NCBI GenBank assembly: GCA_951406725.2
Contig: OX597815.1
Coordinates: 160,394,001-160,458,000, forward strand
Origin: Octopus vulgaris
Lineage: Eukaryota
DNA: 64,000 bases
Direction of reading: 5' to 3'
Positions 26,570-38,760 of the stretch are shown in pieces. The notes beneath the pieces are model-generated. The model was not told the origin of the DNA. It searched no databases and saw only the letters and a program-made list of their open reading frames with translations. How positions within the stretch are numbered: the stretch's first letter is position 1; the number at the start of each line of letters is the position of its first letter. The position numbers were made by a program, and so were the translations under genes.

Positions 26570-26920
26570 CCCTTTAGCTTTCAGATTATTCTGTCAAATG
26601 TAATGCTTCTTTATTCACATGGCTTTCAATTAATCGTGCATTATCTCATAACTTCAAGATTTTGATGAAGTGATTATTTATTTTTAGCTTGACATTGTAA
26701 CGTAGGTGTGAGAAGCAGGATCTGGCCAGTTTGATCATATAACAATCAGAGTATTTGGGCCAAGTATGGCTGCTTTAATACATATTAGCAACAGAGGCTG
26801 TGTTAATTCTGAAAGGTAATATTTATACGCAGTTAGTGAGCAGTATAATTTCTTCTTATAGAACATCCACATTTAAGCGGGGACAAATATCACCTCTCAA
26901 CTGGTTTAAATGCTAAAGGG
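26570..26920. mobile_element. piggyBac-type MITE (TTAA TSD)
   Basis: TTAA|CCCTTTAGC ... GCTAAAGGG|TTAA. A second copy lies at 44608-44827. Confidence 0.8.
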
Positions 26921-28549
26921 TTAAAGTGTGATGTAATAGTTGAGGCTGTTTTTGGACAGGTTGATTGAATAAGAAGGAGAGGGAGGTGGTCCTTTGGTGG
27001 TTTATTATTCACGTGTTGACAAATTAACTGTTGGTTGTTTCAAAAAGATAGGTTAGAGATCAGTTCATCATTTCTTTTAAATTCAGAACCATTCCATTCC
27101 ATTTAGATCACCATTGATCTGGCAGACCTATGATCAAAGGCATTTCACCTATGACATTCCTATTTCATTTTTTTTTTCACAGTATATTTAGGACTAGATT
27201 ATCATTCCAAGCAAGAGAACCATTCCTCCACAGATGCATCTCCTTTGAACTCAGCTTTCAGTATATATATCCTCTCCATATGACGAACATTCTAGAAAAG
27301 AAGCAAACATTGCAAACTTTTATTTCCTCTTCTTCTTTTTCCAATAAAAAAAAATAAATAAAATCATGTTCTTAGTAAATGCATGACAGAATTATATGGA
27401 ATGCATAAGATAGTAAATATACTTTGAAACAAATTTTGTCCTGATATAGAAGCTATAATTAAAATGAAGATTCAATCTGCCTCGCTAATCTAATAAAGAA
27501 TTCTTTATCAACAATTGCACGTTATATTTACTTAAAATCAGTTAGCTATTATTCACAGAGTAATGTAACAAGGACAAAATACTCTTAGATTAAAAAAGAA
27601 ATCAAGAATATTTTAAACCTATTAATTGAATTCAGCTATATATTCCTACATTCTCTGATATATATATTGTTATGATGAGGGTATAGACGTCTGATGTAAA
27701 ATGGCGTTATGTAAATAAATAGTTGGTTGTGGTTATCTAAAAATAACCTATCACAGAAATATCTGTTAACACAGAACACACTCAGTACTACTTGAAAATA
27801 GGCATAATACTCAATATTCACTGTTCAACTACTGACTGTTAGACCAACACACATCAAGCTGACACTGTTAACCAACATGGTCGAACTAATACCATCAACT
27901 GCACTCCCTGACAGTTCACTCAGTTTTTTATTTTTGTAGTCAGTTAGCCCACTTTTAGTCACATGGGGTCTTCAGGATTCTCCCATAACACATATATACA
28001 TGGATGATGTTATACTTTTCTGTATTTGTTTTAGCTCCAGGTCAGTCCTCATTGAGAAAACCTTCTATCAAAGGCATTCTAGCCTTGACCATCCTGTTCC
28101 TTCTTGCACATGTTATGCAATATCTAATGTGCAGTTCGATTTTTTAAGAAAGCAGGGTGTAATATGAAAAATATTTGGCTGCTGTTTCTAGAAGTTTGAA
28201 TGACCATGTAAAGGCTTCTGCATTTGCTCAAAAAAACTCATATTGTATAATGTGGTTCATATTATAAAGTAGGAGTAAACTATGACAAGGTTCCATCTGT
28301 GGTCCATTTTGATTTTTGGCTGAACTAACTTCCTTTAAATTGCATTGTTATAGCATTGATCCCGGTCAGCTCTGGTCAGTCAAACCTATTGCCTACAGGG
28401 ATTCACTTAGAATAAGCAAGGTTAATCAACTGATTGATTGTTTCATATGTACCATCCTCAGCCTACTGTGCATGTTGACATGGTGGTTTCTCTCTTTCTT
28501 CAATGGATGAGGGTTCAACAGGACACAGCAGCACTACGTTCTTAGTTTT

Positions 28550-28822
28550 GTTAGGTTGTTTGTGGAAGACCAGTGGTTGCCCAAACATACCAGCCTCCCC
28601 TCTCCATGTCACTGATGTTGTCCAAGGGAAAGGCAGAGGCTGATAGAGCTTGGCACCAGTGATGTTGCAACTCATTTCTACAGCTGAATGAAATGGAGCA
28701 ACTTGAAATAAAGTGTTTTTTCTTGTTCAAGAACACAATACACAGCTGCCTGGTCCGGGAATCAAACTCACTACCTCATGATTGTAAGCTCGACACTCTA
28801 ACAACTGAGCCATGTACATTCA
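28550..28822 (-). mobile_element. SINE family C (Meta-type core)
   Basis: Same consensus as 12845-13125 and 61490-61830. Confidence 0.8.
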
Positions 28823-29534
28823 CCAGAATTTACCCTTTCTGAATTTCATATCAGTTACTTACAATATTCCCTTAATATATACTTCTGAGTTTAATTAAGA
28901 AGACAACTAATAATTTGTAAATCTTATCATAAAAAATCAAGGAGTTGTTCTGTTAGCTACCACACATTGTTTACCAAAGAAATCAATACTGACTCTACAG
29001 TACAAAATGCTGTTTCAATATTTACTTCTGGGACATTTTATAATGTTTAGTATATACTTATACCTAATAATGACAGAACAAATAAGCAAATTTTATAGCA
29101 CTTGCAGAATCTTTATTGGTAAATGCTAAACAAAAGGTAATTCTCCCAAATACTCTTACATAAAACGAAAACAAGCTCTGATACTAAACAGTTGAAAATC
29201 TTTTTATAACCTTCAATTATTTGTGCTTTTTATTAGACTGGGGGCAATGAATAATAACAGAGGAAAAACATTATATCTGTATTTCAGTTCAGTCTGGTCG
29301 TAAAATAAAATTCTGATGAACCATAGATAGTATCTGCCTCATTTTTTTGGAGAGAAAATGAAGAATTAGTTTTCTTTTTCTGTTTTTTTTTTGTTTTTCT
29401 TTTGCTTCAAAGTCTAGATTGGCCTTCTTTTTGAACTTAGAGCCTGGCTACTGACCAACGGTTCCAGTATGTATTGTTGTCATCTACTTAATTGCACCAG
29501 TATAGAGAAGAGAAGTGCAAAATTAGATCAGACA

Positions 29535-29772
29535 ACAATGATGGTGGTGGTGATGATGATGATGATGAAGATGATGACAACAAAGTGACAATGCTGATAG
29601 GGGTGCTGATAATGATGATGATGATGATAATAACGATGATGATGACATTGGTGGGAATGGCAATGATGACGACGACAATGATAATGATGATGATGATGAT
29701 GATAACGACATTGGTAAGAATGGCAATGATGACGACAACAATGATAATGATGATGATGATGATAATGATAAA
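29535..29772. repeat. (GAT)n-rich compound microsatellite with an internal ~63-bp duplication
   Basis: The block ...GACATTGGT..GAATGGCAATGATGACGACAA... occurs twice. Confidence 0.85.
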
Positions 29773-30214
29773 GAAGTAAGAAGATTAAGCCTTTCCTTAT
29801 AAGAAGAATTTAATTAATTTAATTGGTGTAAGTTTCTTACCAATTTTTATTTAATTCCTTTTCAGAAACACTAGATTAATCCACAACTCATTAACCTACT
29901 CTTCAAATAGACACAGAATTAAATTACAACTGTTCTGATTTTAAAAGTACAGTGTTTAAATTCACACTAATGATAGATCTCTAGATCTCTATGTTCTGTT
30001 GATAAGAAATGCAACATCACGTAACATTTTTGGAAATTGTATTGCTAAGCTTGTTAAGGGATCTTAGTTTGACATAAGAGTGCTGATCCAGCAAGTTAAT
30101 TTAGCCATATTCTTGTAGTTCCTGAATCACGGTAGTCTTTGAGCTCTCTTAGTCAGTACAAAGAATTCATGAGCAGCCATGCAAATGATGTGTTGATATC
30201 TAAACATGTCAGAT

Positions 30215-30630
30215 GGCAGGCTGGCAGAATTGTTAGCATACCGAGCAAAATGCTTCATGACATCTTGTCTGAGTTCAAATTCCACCAAGGTCAACTTTGC
30301 CTTTCATCCCCTGAAGGGTGGGTGTCGATGGAGGGGTTTCGATAAAATAAGTACAGTCGAATACTTAAAATTGCTGGCTCTGTACCAAAAATTGAAGTCA
30401 ATATCTAAACATATCAGGTGACACGCTAGCAGAATTCTTGCAATCTGGACAAAATGCTTCATAGCATTTTGTCGGTCTTCATGTTCTGAGTTTAAATTCT
30501 GCTGAGGTCAAATTTGCCTTTCATTCCTAAGGGGAGTGGGTCAATAATGTAAGTTAAATACTGAGATTGATGTAATCAACTTACCCTTCCATAAAACTGC
30601 TGGCCCAATGCCAAAATTTGAAACCAATAT
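30215..30630 (+). mobile_element. Two tandem SINE family B copies
   Basis: Heads at about 30215 and 30417, each with GAGTT(C/T)AAATTC and the core. Confidence 0.7.
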
Positions 30631-30967
30631 TTAAACATGGAATTTTCACGGGCCCCACTAGTAATATGCAATGTGTTTGTTATTTATTTATTGATACTTA
30701 TCTTTTACTAAATCTGAAGGCTCATGGAGTTTACTAGAGATGGAAATCATCAGCAAAATTCTCAACATAAATAGGCAACAGGTTAAGTTCATTGGACATC
30801 AGATGAGATGACAGAAACCTAGAACATTTGATTGTAACTGGAACATAGAAAGAAAGATGGAACTGGGTGAGACAAAGAGAAAACATACTTGCTGGGTTTA
30901 GAAGCTGCCAACAGAAAGACAGACCCAATAATTTTATACAGTGTGTGGAAGACAGGAAGGCAAAGAG

Positions 30968-31532
30968 CAGTGGTTCTCAAGCATTTTTTATCTGTGGACC
31001 CCTTTGATTACTGTTCTATTCTGATGGAGCCCCAAAGCCATTTGATGCTCAAAAACTAGTTTTCTAAGAAGCTTCTTTAAAAATTCCTATTTTGTTTTTC
31101 ACACATTAACTATGTAAAATGTTAGAGAAAGGATCCTAGCTGTTTCTTACAATAAATACATCCAAAGTAACATCTTTTTCATGGACCCTGAGAATATGAT
31201 AATCCCTAATTTACCATTTTGTTTGTGCAGACCCCAAAAATCACATGGATCTCCAGGGACCATATGGACCCCAGATGGTAATTTAAAATACTACTGTGAG
31301 TCCTCAATTTACTATTTTGTTTATGTGGACCCCAAAAGTCACATTGGCCTCCAGGGGCCACATAGATGGCAACTGATAATTTAAAATACTTTCTGTGGAT
31401 CCCCAAGTTACTATTTAAAAAAGTTTTTCATGGGCCCTTAAAATCCCACTGTGTGTCCCCAATTTACTGTGAAACCCCAAATATCTTACATGAATCATCA
31501 GGGTATATATGGACCATGGTTGAGAATCACTG
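30968..31532. mobile_element. hAT (Charlie-like) non-autonomous element
   Basis: TIRs CAGTGGTTCTCAA / TTGAGAATCACTG. The 8-bp flanks GCAAAGAG / GTATAGAG match at 6 of 8 positions. Many internal GGACCC motifs. Confidence 0.75.
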
Positions 31533-31829
31533 GTATAGAGGTTCCATAATTACTTATGTTTGGGATTTTGCTCATGAAAAAGGAAGAATTTGTCATGTAA
31601 ATGTCACATATGTAAACAGAAAATCAAGGTTCACCTCTCAGAATCTTAGATTTATAGCATCGTGATTCTTATCTATTTGCAAAGAGGTTATAAGAAAGAA
31701 AGCAAGTGAGTGCTATAGTGAGGAAAGCTGATATCTAATTTCCACTGGATCGTTGTAATCTCACTTGGAAAACATCCTTTGGTGGGTGGGGTAGTGGTGT
31801 CATTGGCAATGGTGACAGAGGCAGTAATG

Positions 31830-31875
31830 CATCATCACCATCAACAGTATCATTGTCACCATCACCATCACCACT

Positions 31876-31908
<33 letters not shown>

Positions 31909-32070
31909 GATGTCAATATTGTTATCATCATCACCAACACTACCATTGTTGTCATCATCATTGTCATCATCATCATCATCATCATCATCATCACCATTAT
32001 TGTCATCACCATTATTGTCATTGCCATCATTTTCATCATCATTATCATCATTGCTGTCATCGTCACCACC

Positions 32071-32104
<34 letters not shown>

Positions 32105-32135
32105 TCATGGTCTCCCTCCTGCCCTTCATCATCTT
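31830..32135. repeat. (CAT)n/(CAC)n microsatellite
   Basis: Seen directly. Confidence 0.9.
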
Positions 32136-32486
32136 CACTGCTGTCCTCTCCCTTCTCACTTTCACCAGTTATCATGATTTCTTCATTATCTTCTTTATAT
32201 TAATCATCTTTTATTTATTAGTTTGTTGTTTATCTTGTCATTTCTGTAAATGAAATGTTCACGACTTAAATGATGTAATTAACAACTTAAGTCGTCAGAT
32301 GTTCTGCTTACATCAAATTAGATATAATATTAATCTATTTTACTCATGGTCTTTTATTTTTCCTTTCTTTTTGTTCTTTGCAGCAATATTAGATTAAATA
32401 TAATTTAAACTTTCCTCTTTTTTGTTCAATTAATATTCCATTATCTGAAAATTTGCACTTTTAACTTTATTTGTACCAACATTAGA

Positions 32487-32645
32487 ACCAACAACAACAA
32501 CAACAATAATAATAATGACAATGATAATTAAAAGAAACCACCACCACCACCACCACCACCACCACCAACACCACCACCACCACCGCCACCACCACCGCCA
32601 CCACCACCACCACCACCACCACCACTACCACCACCACCACCATCA

Positions 32646-32686
<41 letters not shown>

Positions 32687-32775
32687 TTGGTTGTTATTGT
32701 TGTTCATAGTGGTCATCATCATTATCATTGTTGTTGCTATTATTACTGTTATTATTATCATTATTATTATTGTTG
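32487..32775. repeat. (CAC)n/(TAT)n compound microsatellite
   Basis: Seen directly. Confidence 0.9.
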
Positions 32776-33360
32776 TGCATGTTCAAGCAAATGGATAGCT
32801 CTAAGAGAGAGAAAGTTTTGATATGATTTGATTTCTCTAAAAAAGGTACTTTTTGTACCGGTTTTTACCAAAAGATGACTTGTTGGATAGTTTGAGGGTT
32901 TACTCCATTACTTGGTGTAGCCAAAAATTTTGTCTTAATATTTTTAACTGTTTATATATTCATGTCTAATATTATTTGCAGTTCTTACACAACTTGAAAA
33001 CATAGCTGCCTCAGAAGTAGCAGGAATTGGTGTGTTCACCATTGTGATAGCAGCAACAGTTTCAACAAATATTCCTCAAAAATCTTTTTTAAAAATACAG
33101 AATCTAATCCACTTGCACGCACAAGCAAACATACACACACACATTCATAAACATTAAACATACAGAGCTTCAAACTTCAACATTTACATTTATTTATACA
33201 ATAAATGATACACACACACACATAAAATGAAAATATTGTTGGAATCATTAATTTGAAAAGAAAAATACAATTCAATGCAAACAACAATATTACATCCTTC
33301 ACAAACTGTTGTGAGTCAAAAGGAGAGACTAGACTTGAGCCAGCTTAAGAAAATAAAAGA

Positions 33361-35169
33361 GTGGATACTATATCCAACCATCTCAAGCAAGTGACAAAAA
33401 AAGCAGTGTTTGAATTTGAACAGTGCATAGCAGCCAATCCTGACAGCAAGGTTTTCTGGAAATATGTGCACTCAAAGCAGAGACCTCACTCTCCAGTGGG
33501 CCCTCCTCGCAACCCTCACACAAACCAGATCACTGACGACCCCAAGGAATGCGCAGAACTCATTGCCGAGTGCTATGCAAACATATTCACTGTTGAAAGT
33601 CAAAATGTACCATCTTCACCATCACTAACAGCAAACTCCATAACAACTATGGAATTTACACCTGCAATGCTGCGACGTCACCTTCAAAATAAGCGCAACT
33701 ATGCCTCCCCTGGTCTCGATGGAGTTACATACCTGCTTCTCAAACGTGGCAGGCACTTCCTTTTACACCAGCTTTCTATTTTCTTCCAGTACTGTCTCAA
33801 CAATGGTGCTACTCCGGAGCAGTGGAAAACTGCCAGTGTCATTCCTCTGTTCAAAAAGGGCGACCGCACATCACCTGTCAACTATCGCCCAGTCAGTCTC
33901 ACTAGCTGTATTGCAAAACTGATGGAATCGTGTGTCAGAGAAACACTCTGGAACTTCTGGAGCTCTCACAGTCTCATCCGACCCTCACAATATGGATTTG
34001 TCCCTAACTCCAGCTGCAGTGACCAGCTTGTCGAGTTCCTTGAGGACATTACTCAGATTACTGACAGTGGCTCATGGGTGGATGTTGTCTACCTTGACTT
34101 TGCTAAGGCTTTCAACTCTGTGCCACACAAAAGGCTTATGGTGAAACTCTCTGCAATGGGTGTGGGGGATGACCTTTTTAACTGGTTGAAATCCTTCATC
34201 CTCAGCCGAAAGGAGGTAGTCACAATTCTAGGACAGCACTCTACACCATATGAGATGTCATCGGGTGTACCACAGGGATCTGTCCTTGGTCCCCTCTTGT
34301 TTGTGGCATACATTAACGACATAGATGCCAATTTAAAGAATGCCACAGTATTGAAATATGCAGACGACATCAAGCTGTACCTTGAAATCAAGAGGACAGA
34401 TCCTGATGTCTACAACTCTTTCCTGCAATCAGACCTAGACACAATGCAGCAATGGATCACAGACTGGCAACTGAAACTGGCTGTGGACAAGTGTACCACC
34501 ATGCATTTTGGGAGAAAAAACCCTGCGTTCACATACTCCCTCCACAACACTGATATCAAGAAATCCTCTTGTGAGCGTGACCTAGGCATCACTGTCAGCA
34601 GTGATTTGCGTTGGTCAAAGCATATCTCTAAGATTGTCAGGAAGGCCGAGGGTGTCTTGGCATCACTCAGCAGGTCTTTTGTTAGCCGCTCTCCAGCCAT
34701 CTATTTAAAACTGTATACAGCTATGGTACGACCACACTTGGAATTCGCATCATCAGTTTGGAACCCCTATCTTGCACAGAACATTGACCTCCTGGAATCT
34801 GTCCAGAGACGTGCAACCAAACGCATACCCTCCATCAGACACCTACCATATTCTGAGCGCCTTGTTTCCCTGGGCATGGATTCACTGAAGCTCCGGCGTT
34901 TGGCGACGGACTTGGTAAACACCCACAAAGTTATCAACCACCTCACCAACAACAACACTGAACACCTTTTTGATCTCCATGTGTCTAACACACGTGGACA
35001 TGCCTACAAAGTCAGAAAACAATACAGCTCCCATGACTTTCGGAAACATTTTTTCACGCTCAGAGTTGCTGAAGCATGGAATAAACTGCCTGCGTCAGTT
35101 GTTGACTGCCATGACACTGCATCTTTTAAGGCCCTCATGCTTTCCGAAATCCGCCGAAACTACACCTGA
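33361..35169 (+). pseudogene. CR1-group ORF2 RT domain (5'-truncated, no endonuclease; the predicted GTG start lies in flanking DNA)
   Basis: Motifs NYRPVSLTS, QYGF, YLDFAKAF, GVPQGSVLGP, YADD, RDLGI, RPHLEFASSVWNP, TRGH, FFTLRVAEAWNKLP. Confidence 0.9.
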
Positions 35170-35218
35170 TTATATATACACTTTAGATGAGTTGTAGTGC
35201 ACCTGAGCACTGTACACA

Positions 35219-35249
<31 letters not shown>
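33375..35249 (+). mobile_element. Young 5'-truncated CR1-group LINE
   Basis: Open RT frame, short 3' UTR and (TTA)n tail. Candidate TSD TATATC at 33369-33374 and 35250-35255. Confidence 0.88.
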
Positions 35250-35254
<5 letters not shown>

Positions 35255-35685
35255 CACAAAAACTAGTACTTCTTTCCCTGATTCAAGAAAAGATGTTTTC
35301 AAAGACACAAAGGGCTTCCATATGTTCTCTCAAATGAAGAGTTATATGAATCCTTGATCAATGTAGTGACCATATTTCTGATTTATTTTCAGACTTATGG
35401 CAGAGTATAAGAAGGCATGTGCCAAAGTTTTAACCTGAAGATTGTTTGTTATATGGAGTGTGATGTGCTATTTTCGGATGGTGCCACAATACACAGGTCT
35501 CAGAAATACTATGATTATCATCAGAAATATTGGCTTGGGTGTTGATCCTTGGTGTGTCATCTCTTTTCTGCCACACTATGGGTATGTGGGGAGAGTGAAG
35601 CTGACCTACAACATTTGTATGAACACTAAGAATCTAACGATTCCCAAATTCCACAAGAATTGTGTCTCATCAAAGAAACAGAGAC

Positions 35686-36167
35686 TTTTCTTTCCTCAGT
35701 CAAGAAACAGATTATCCTTGCAATTTCGGCTGATTATTCTTGAGATTGCTCCAATTTGGCCAGCCCCAAGGAAAAACTAAGCTAAGAGCATTAGATTCCT
35801 TTGAAAAAAGCAGCGAATGTATACAAAAACAAGGACAGAAAAAAACGGACAATGTTACACAAATATAGATACAATCAAAATGTATCTCTGCCGTAAGGCT
35901 TCATTTTCGCACATGCCAGCTTAATTCAATTTGTCCTTAGGCGAAAAACACCTGTTGTTATGTCCTGTTATTATTTTTATTGTATTTATATTTGTGTAAC
36001 ATTGTCCGTTTTTTCTGTCCTTGTTTTTGTATACATTCACTGCTTTCTTCCAAGGAATCTAATGCTCTTAGCTTAGTTTTTCCTTGGGGCTGGCCAGATT
36101 GGAGCAATCTCAAGAATAATAAGCCAAAATTGCGAGGATAATCTGGTGCTTGACTGAGGAAAGAAAA
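35686..36167. repeat. Long inverted repeat (arms ~195 bp, spacer ~95 bp), probably a non-autonomous element
   Basis: 35686-35880 is the near reverse complement of 35975-36167. The ORFs at 35442(+) and 35958(-) encode overlapping parts of the same arm sequence. Confidence 0.9.
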
Positions 36168-36301
36168 TTTCGAATGATCCATCCTTGTTTTCTTTGTATC
36201 GTCTATCTGGATGTTTTGTTGTCTCTTTTTGTATCACCTAGCTGTCCAGATGTTTTGTGTTCTAGTCCCATTTTGTATTTTATATATATATATATATATA
36301 T

Positions 36302-36470
36302 ATCATCATCATCATCATCATCATCGTTTAACGTCCGCTTTCCATGCTAGCATGGGTTGGACGGTTCAACTGGGGTCTGGGAAGCCCGAAGGCTGCACCA
36401 GGCCAGTCAGATGTGGCAGTGTTTCTACAGCTGGATGCCCTTCCTAACGCCAACCACTCCGAGAGTGTAG
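36302..36470 (-). mobile_element. Short 3' copy of the RTE LINE
   Basis: Reverse complement of about 23820-23986, including the (GAT)n tail. Confidence 0.9.
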
Positions 36471-36631
36471 TATATATATATATATATATATATATATCAT
36501 ACGGAGATGTACTTGCATAGCAAGTGACTTGATCTGAGATTGTGTGCTGAAACAAAAGCAATTGCAGTATGGAAGCCATTCAAGAACACACAAAAACCAT
36601 TAGTTTCACTTCAACATATAATTTTCATTTG

Positions 36632-36678
36632 TGTTAAAATATTTTCATCACTTTGGAGCTGCGACATGTTCACTGACA
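36632..36678 (-). ncRNA. Minimal type-I hammerhead ribozyme motif, G3-C8 variant (decayed)
   Basis: Reverse complement: TGTCA-GTGAACA-T-GTCGC-agctccaaa-GTGAT-GAAA-ATAT-T-T-TAACA. Confidence 0.55.
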
Positions 36679-36703
36679 AAACTTGAAATGCAGCACCAAG
36701 TTT

Positions 36704-36750
36704 TGTCAGTGAACATGCCATAGCTTCAAAGTGATGAAAATATTTTGACA
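36704..36750 (+). ncRNA. Minimal type-I hammerhead ribozyme motif, G3-C8 variant (decayed)
   Basis: TGTCA-GTGAACA-T-GCCAT-agcttcaaa-GTGAT-GAAA-ATAT-T-T-TGACA. Confidence 0.55.
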
Positions 36751-36871
36751 CAAATGAAAATTAAATGTTGAAGTGAAACTAACAGTTTTTGTGTGTTCTT
36801 GAATAGCTTACAAATATCTCCCATGCTGCAATTGTGTGTGTGTGTGTTATATATATATATATATATATATA

Positions 36872-38760
36872 TGAAAGTCTATGAGTGTAAATGTGCTTTT
36901 TAAGAAAAATGTTACGAAATCTGTTATGAAGATGTTACTAACCTTTTTTTCAGAAGTTTTTTTCTAGTGTGTGAGTGCTTTCATTAAACCATTTCAAACA
37001 CATGTTCTCTTAAAGAGGAAGTTATTTTTGTGGTAGTGGTAGTATTATTTCTGATTTATTTTCAGACTTATGGTTTTAGTCATAATATTCTTTTACCATT
37101 GTTTGCTATATGGAGTGTTGGCTATTTTCAGTTTAATTTTGGATTCAGAAGTCTTATAAAATATTTTTCTTTTGCATTTCATAGTTGTACATTTTCATCG
37201 TTTATTTTGTAAAATGGGAATATTTTAAATTTTCCATTTGCACAGATATCTAGATGTTCACTGCATGGGACACTCTTAAGAGATGAATTCCTAATTTGTT
37301 GTTTATAAACATTTACATGGATGATCAGTTTCCTTCCTGTCTCCCCAATGTAGTTTTCATTGCATTGTGGACATGTGTTGCAGTAGATGAGGTTTTTTGT
37401 TCTGCAATTCATGTTTGCATTTACTTTTAATTCCTTCCCATTCTTGAGTCTTTTGGTTGTCCCTTGCTCAATTTATTCACATGTCCCTCAACTGGGGTTC
37501 TCCACAGTTGGTTACTTGCATCGTGTCTTTTGCAAATGTGAATCTTGCCTTTGTTAGAAGTCTCTTGATGTTAGGTTATTGTCTTCAGTCGTAGATAATT
37601 TGTGATTTTTTAATTATTCGTTGAAAATTTGCTAATTGATGTAGAATTGGAAAGTATCGTTTGGCTGAGTGCCAAATGCTGTGGCTTCTAGGATTGTGGG
37701 TGACTACAAATGGAATAATTGTATTTGTATTTTCATTTTTACACCTATCTTGAGTATTTCACACCTATCTTGAGTGCCTATAGTAGAAAGGATTATTTGT
37801 TCTCATTAATTCTGTTCTGTAATCAGGCTTGTAGTTTTGCAGCCATCGAGTTTTTGACTTGAGTATTTTATTCAATTTGGCTTTTTGTATCTCTATGTCT
37901 TTTTTTCCGTAAGTCCAATAGTTTTTCATGCAATTTTCCATTGGTTTGTTTGGAGATTTCTTTTTTGCACTAAGCTGTCACATTTCTCAAATTTCTCTTT
38001 AAAGTGAGGCATGTAAAGCTTTAGAATGTTGATCTCTGCTTCGAACCTTTGGTGCACAAGATTTATTCTGATTTTCATTTCTTCATTTGGTTCTAATGTG
38101 ATATTTTTGGGATGGAATTTTTGTAGGAAAATCACCGGTTCTTGGTTTATCAATTGTGCATATGTGTTTGTTAAATTTCCATTTCTGATTGCTTTCCAAA
38201 ATGCTTCTTTTCTTTGATTTCATAGATTATACCATATCTCTTTCATCTGGTTCATTTTCTTGAGTGCTTCATTCTCCAAATGAATTTCATTCTATTCCTT
38301 AAAGATATCTTGTGTATTGGAACGTTCTGTTGTTGGTGGAGTAATGGAGATTGTATTTAGAGTTTCAGTAGTGTGTTTTAATGTTAGCAGGATTTCTACT
38401 TTTTCTCTGTAAATATGAGTTTGTTCTTCCATTTCCCAAAATAGTGATGTGAGTTATATTTGTTTGTGAGGATTGTTACTTTGTTTGAAATTTCCTCCAA
38501 AATTCTGTCACTTGAGTTCAGATTTGTCGTTGATTTCGATCTGATCAGTGCCATCTTGGTTGTGTATCAGTGGTTTAAATATTTGACAGTCTATGAGGAT
38601 TATTTAATACAGTTTTTGAAGTGCAAAGGTGACTTTTTTTTAAAATATAATTTTTTTTAAAAATGTTACGAAATCTCTTATGAGAATGTTACTAACTATT
38701 TTTGAGAAGAAGTTTTTTTTTTTTCTAGTGTGTCCGTATTTGAAGGTGAGGTTGATAGTA
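36872..38760 (-). mobile_element. Decayed, internally deleted Penelope-like element
   Basis: GIY-YIG remnant NLIYCNTCPQCNENYIGETGR...HL...EKYFIRLLNPKLN*. A direct repeat AAAATGTTACGAAATC...TTTTCTAGTGTGT at about 36906-36972 and 38660-38733 resembles a pLTR. No recognisable RT core. A homologous 3' fragment lies at about 35320-35460. Confidence 0.8.
37128..37412 (-). pseudogene. Penelope-type GIY-YIG endonuclease remnant
   Basis: LIY-x2-CxxC-x3-YIGET motif, with a frameshift before the C-terminal EKYFI..LNPKLN. Confidence 0.8.

Larger units (their letters stand above)
36558..36834. repeat. Foldback element (arms ~128 bp, 11-nt loop) carrying hammerhead motifs
   Basis: 36558-36685 pairs with 36697-36834 around the loop AAATGCAGCAC. 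Confidence 0.92.

Noticed and set aside
27670-27700. C/D box snoRNA (ATGATGA...CTGA)
   Set aside because: The boxes are too close together, with no terminal stem or downstream D box.
32262-32298. ACGACTTAA...TTAAGTCGT hairpin as a pre-miRNA
   Set aside because: Only a 9-bp stem with poor extension, and no recognisable conserved miRNA sequence.
36085-36167. Hammerhead in the first foldback element (stem followed by GAAA; CTGAGGA nearby)
   Set aside because: There is no CUGANGA-like core in the right place and no UH cleavage site after GAAA.
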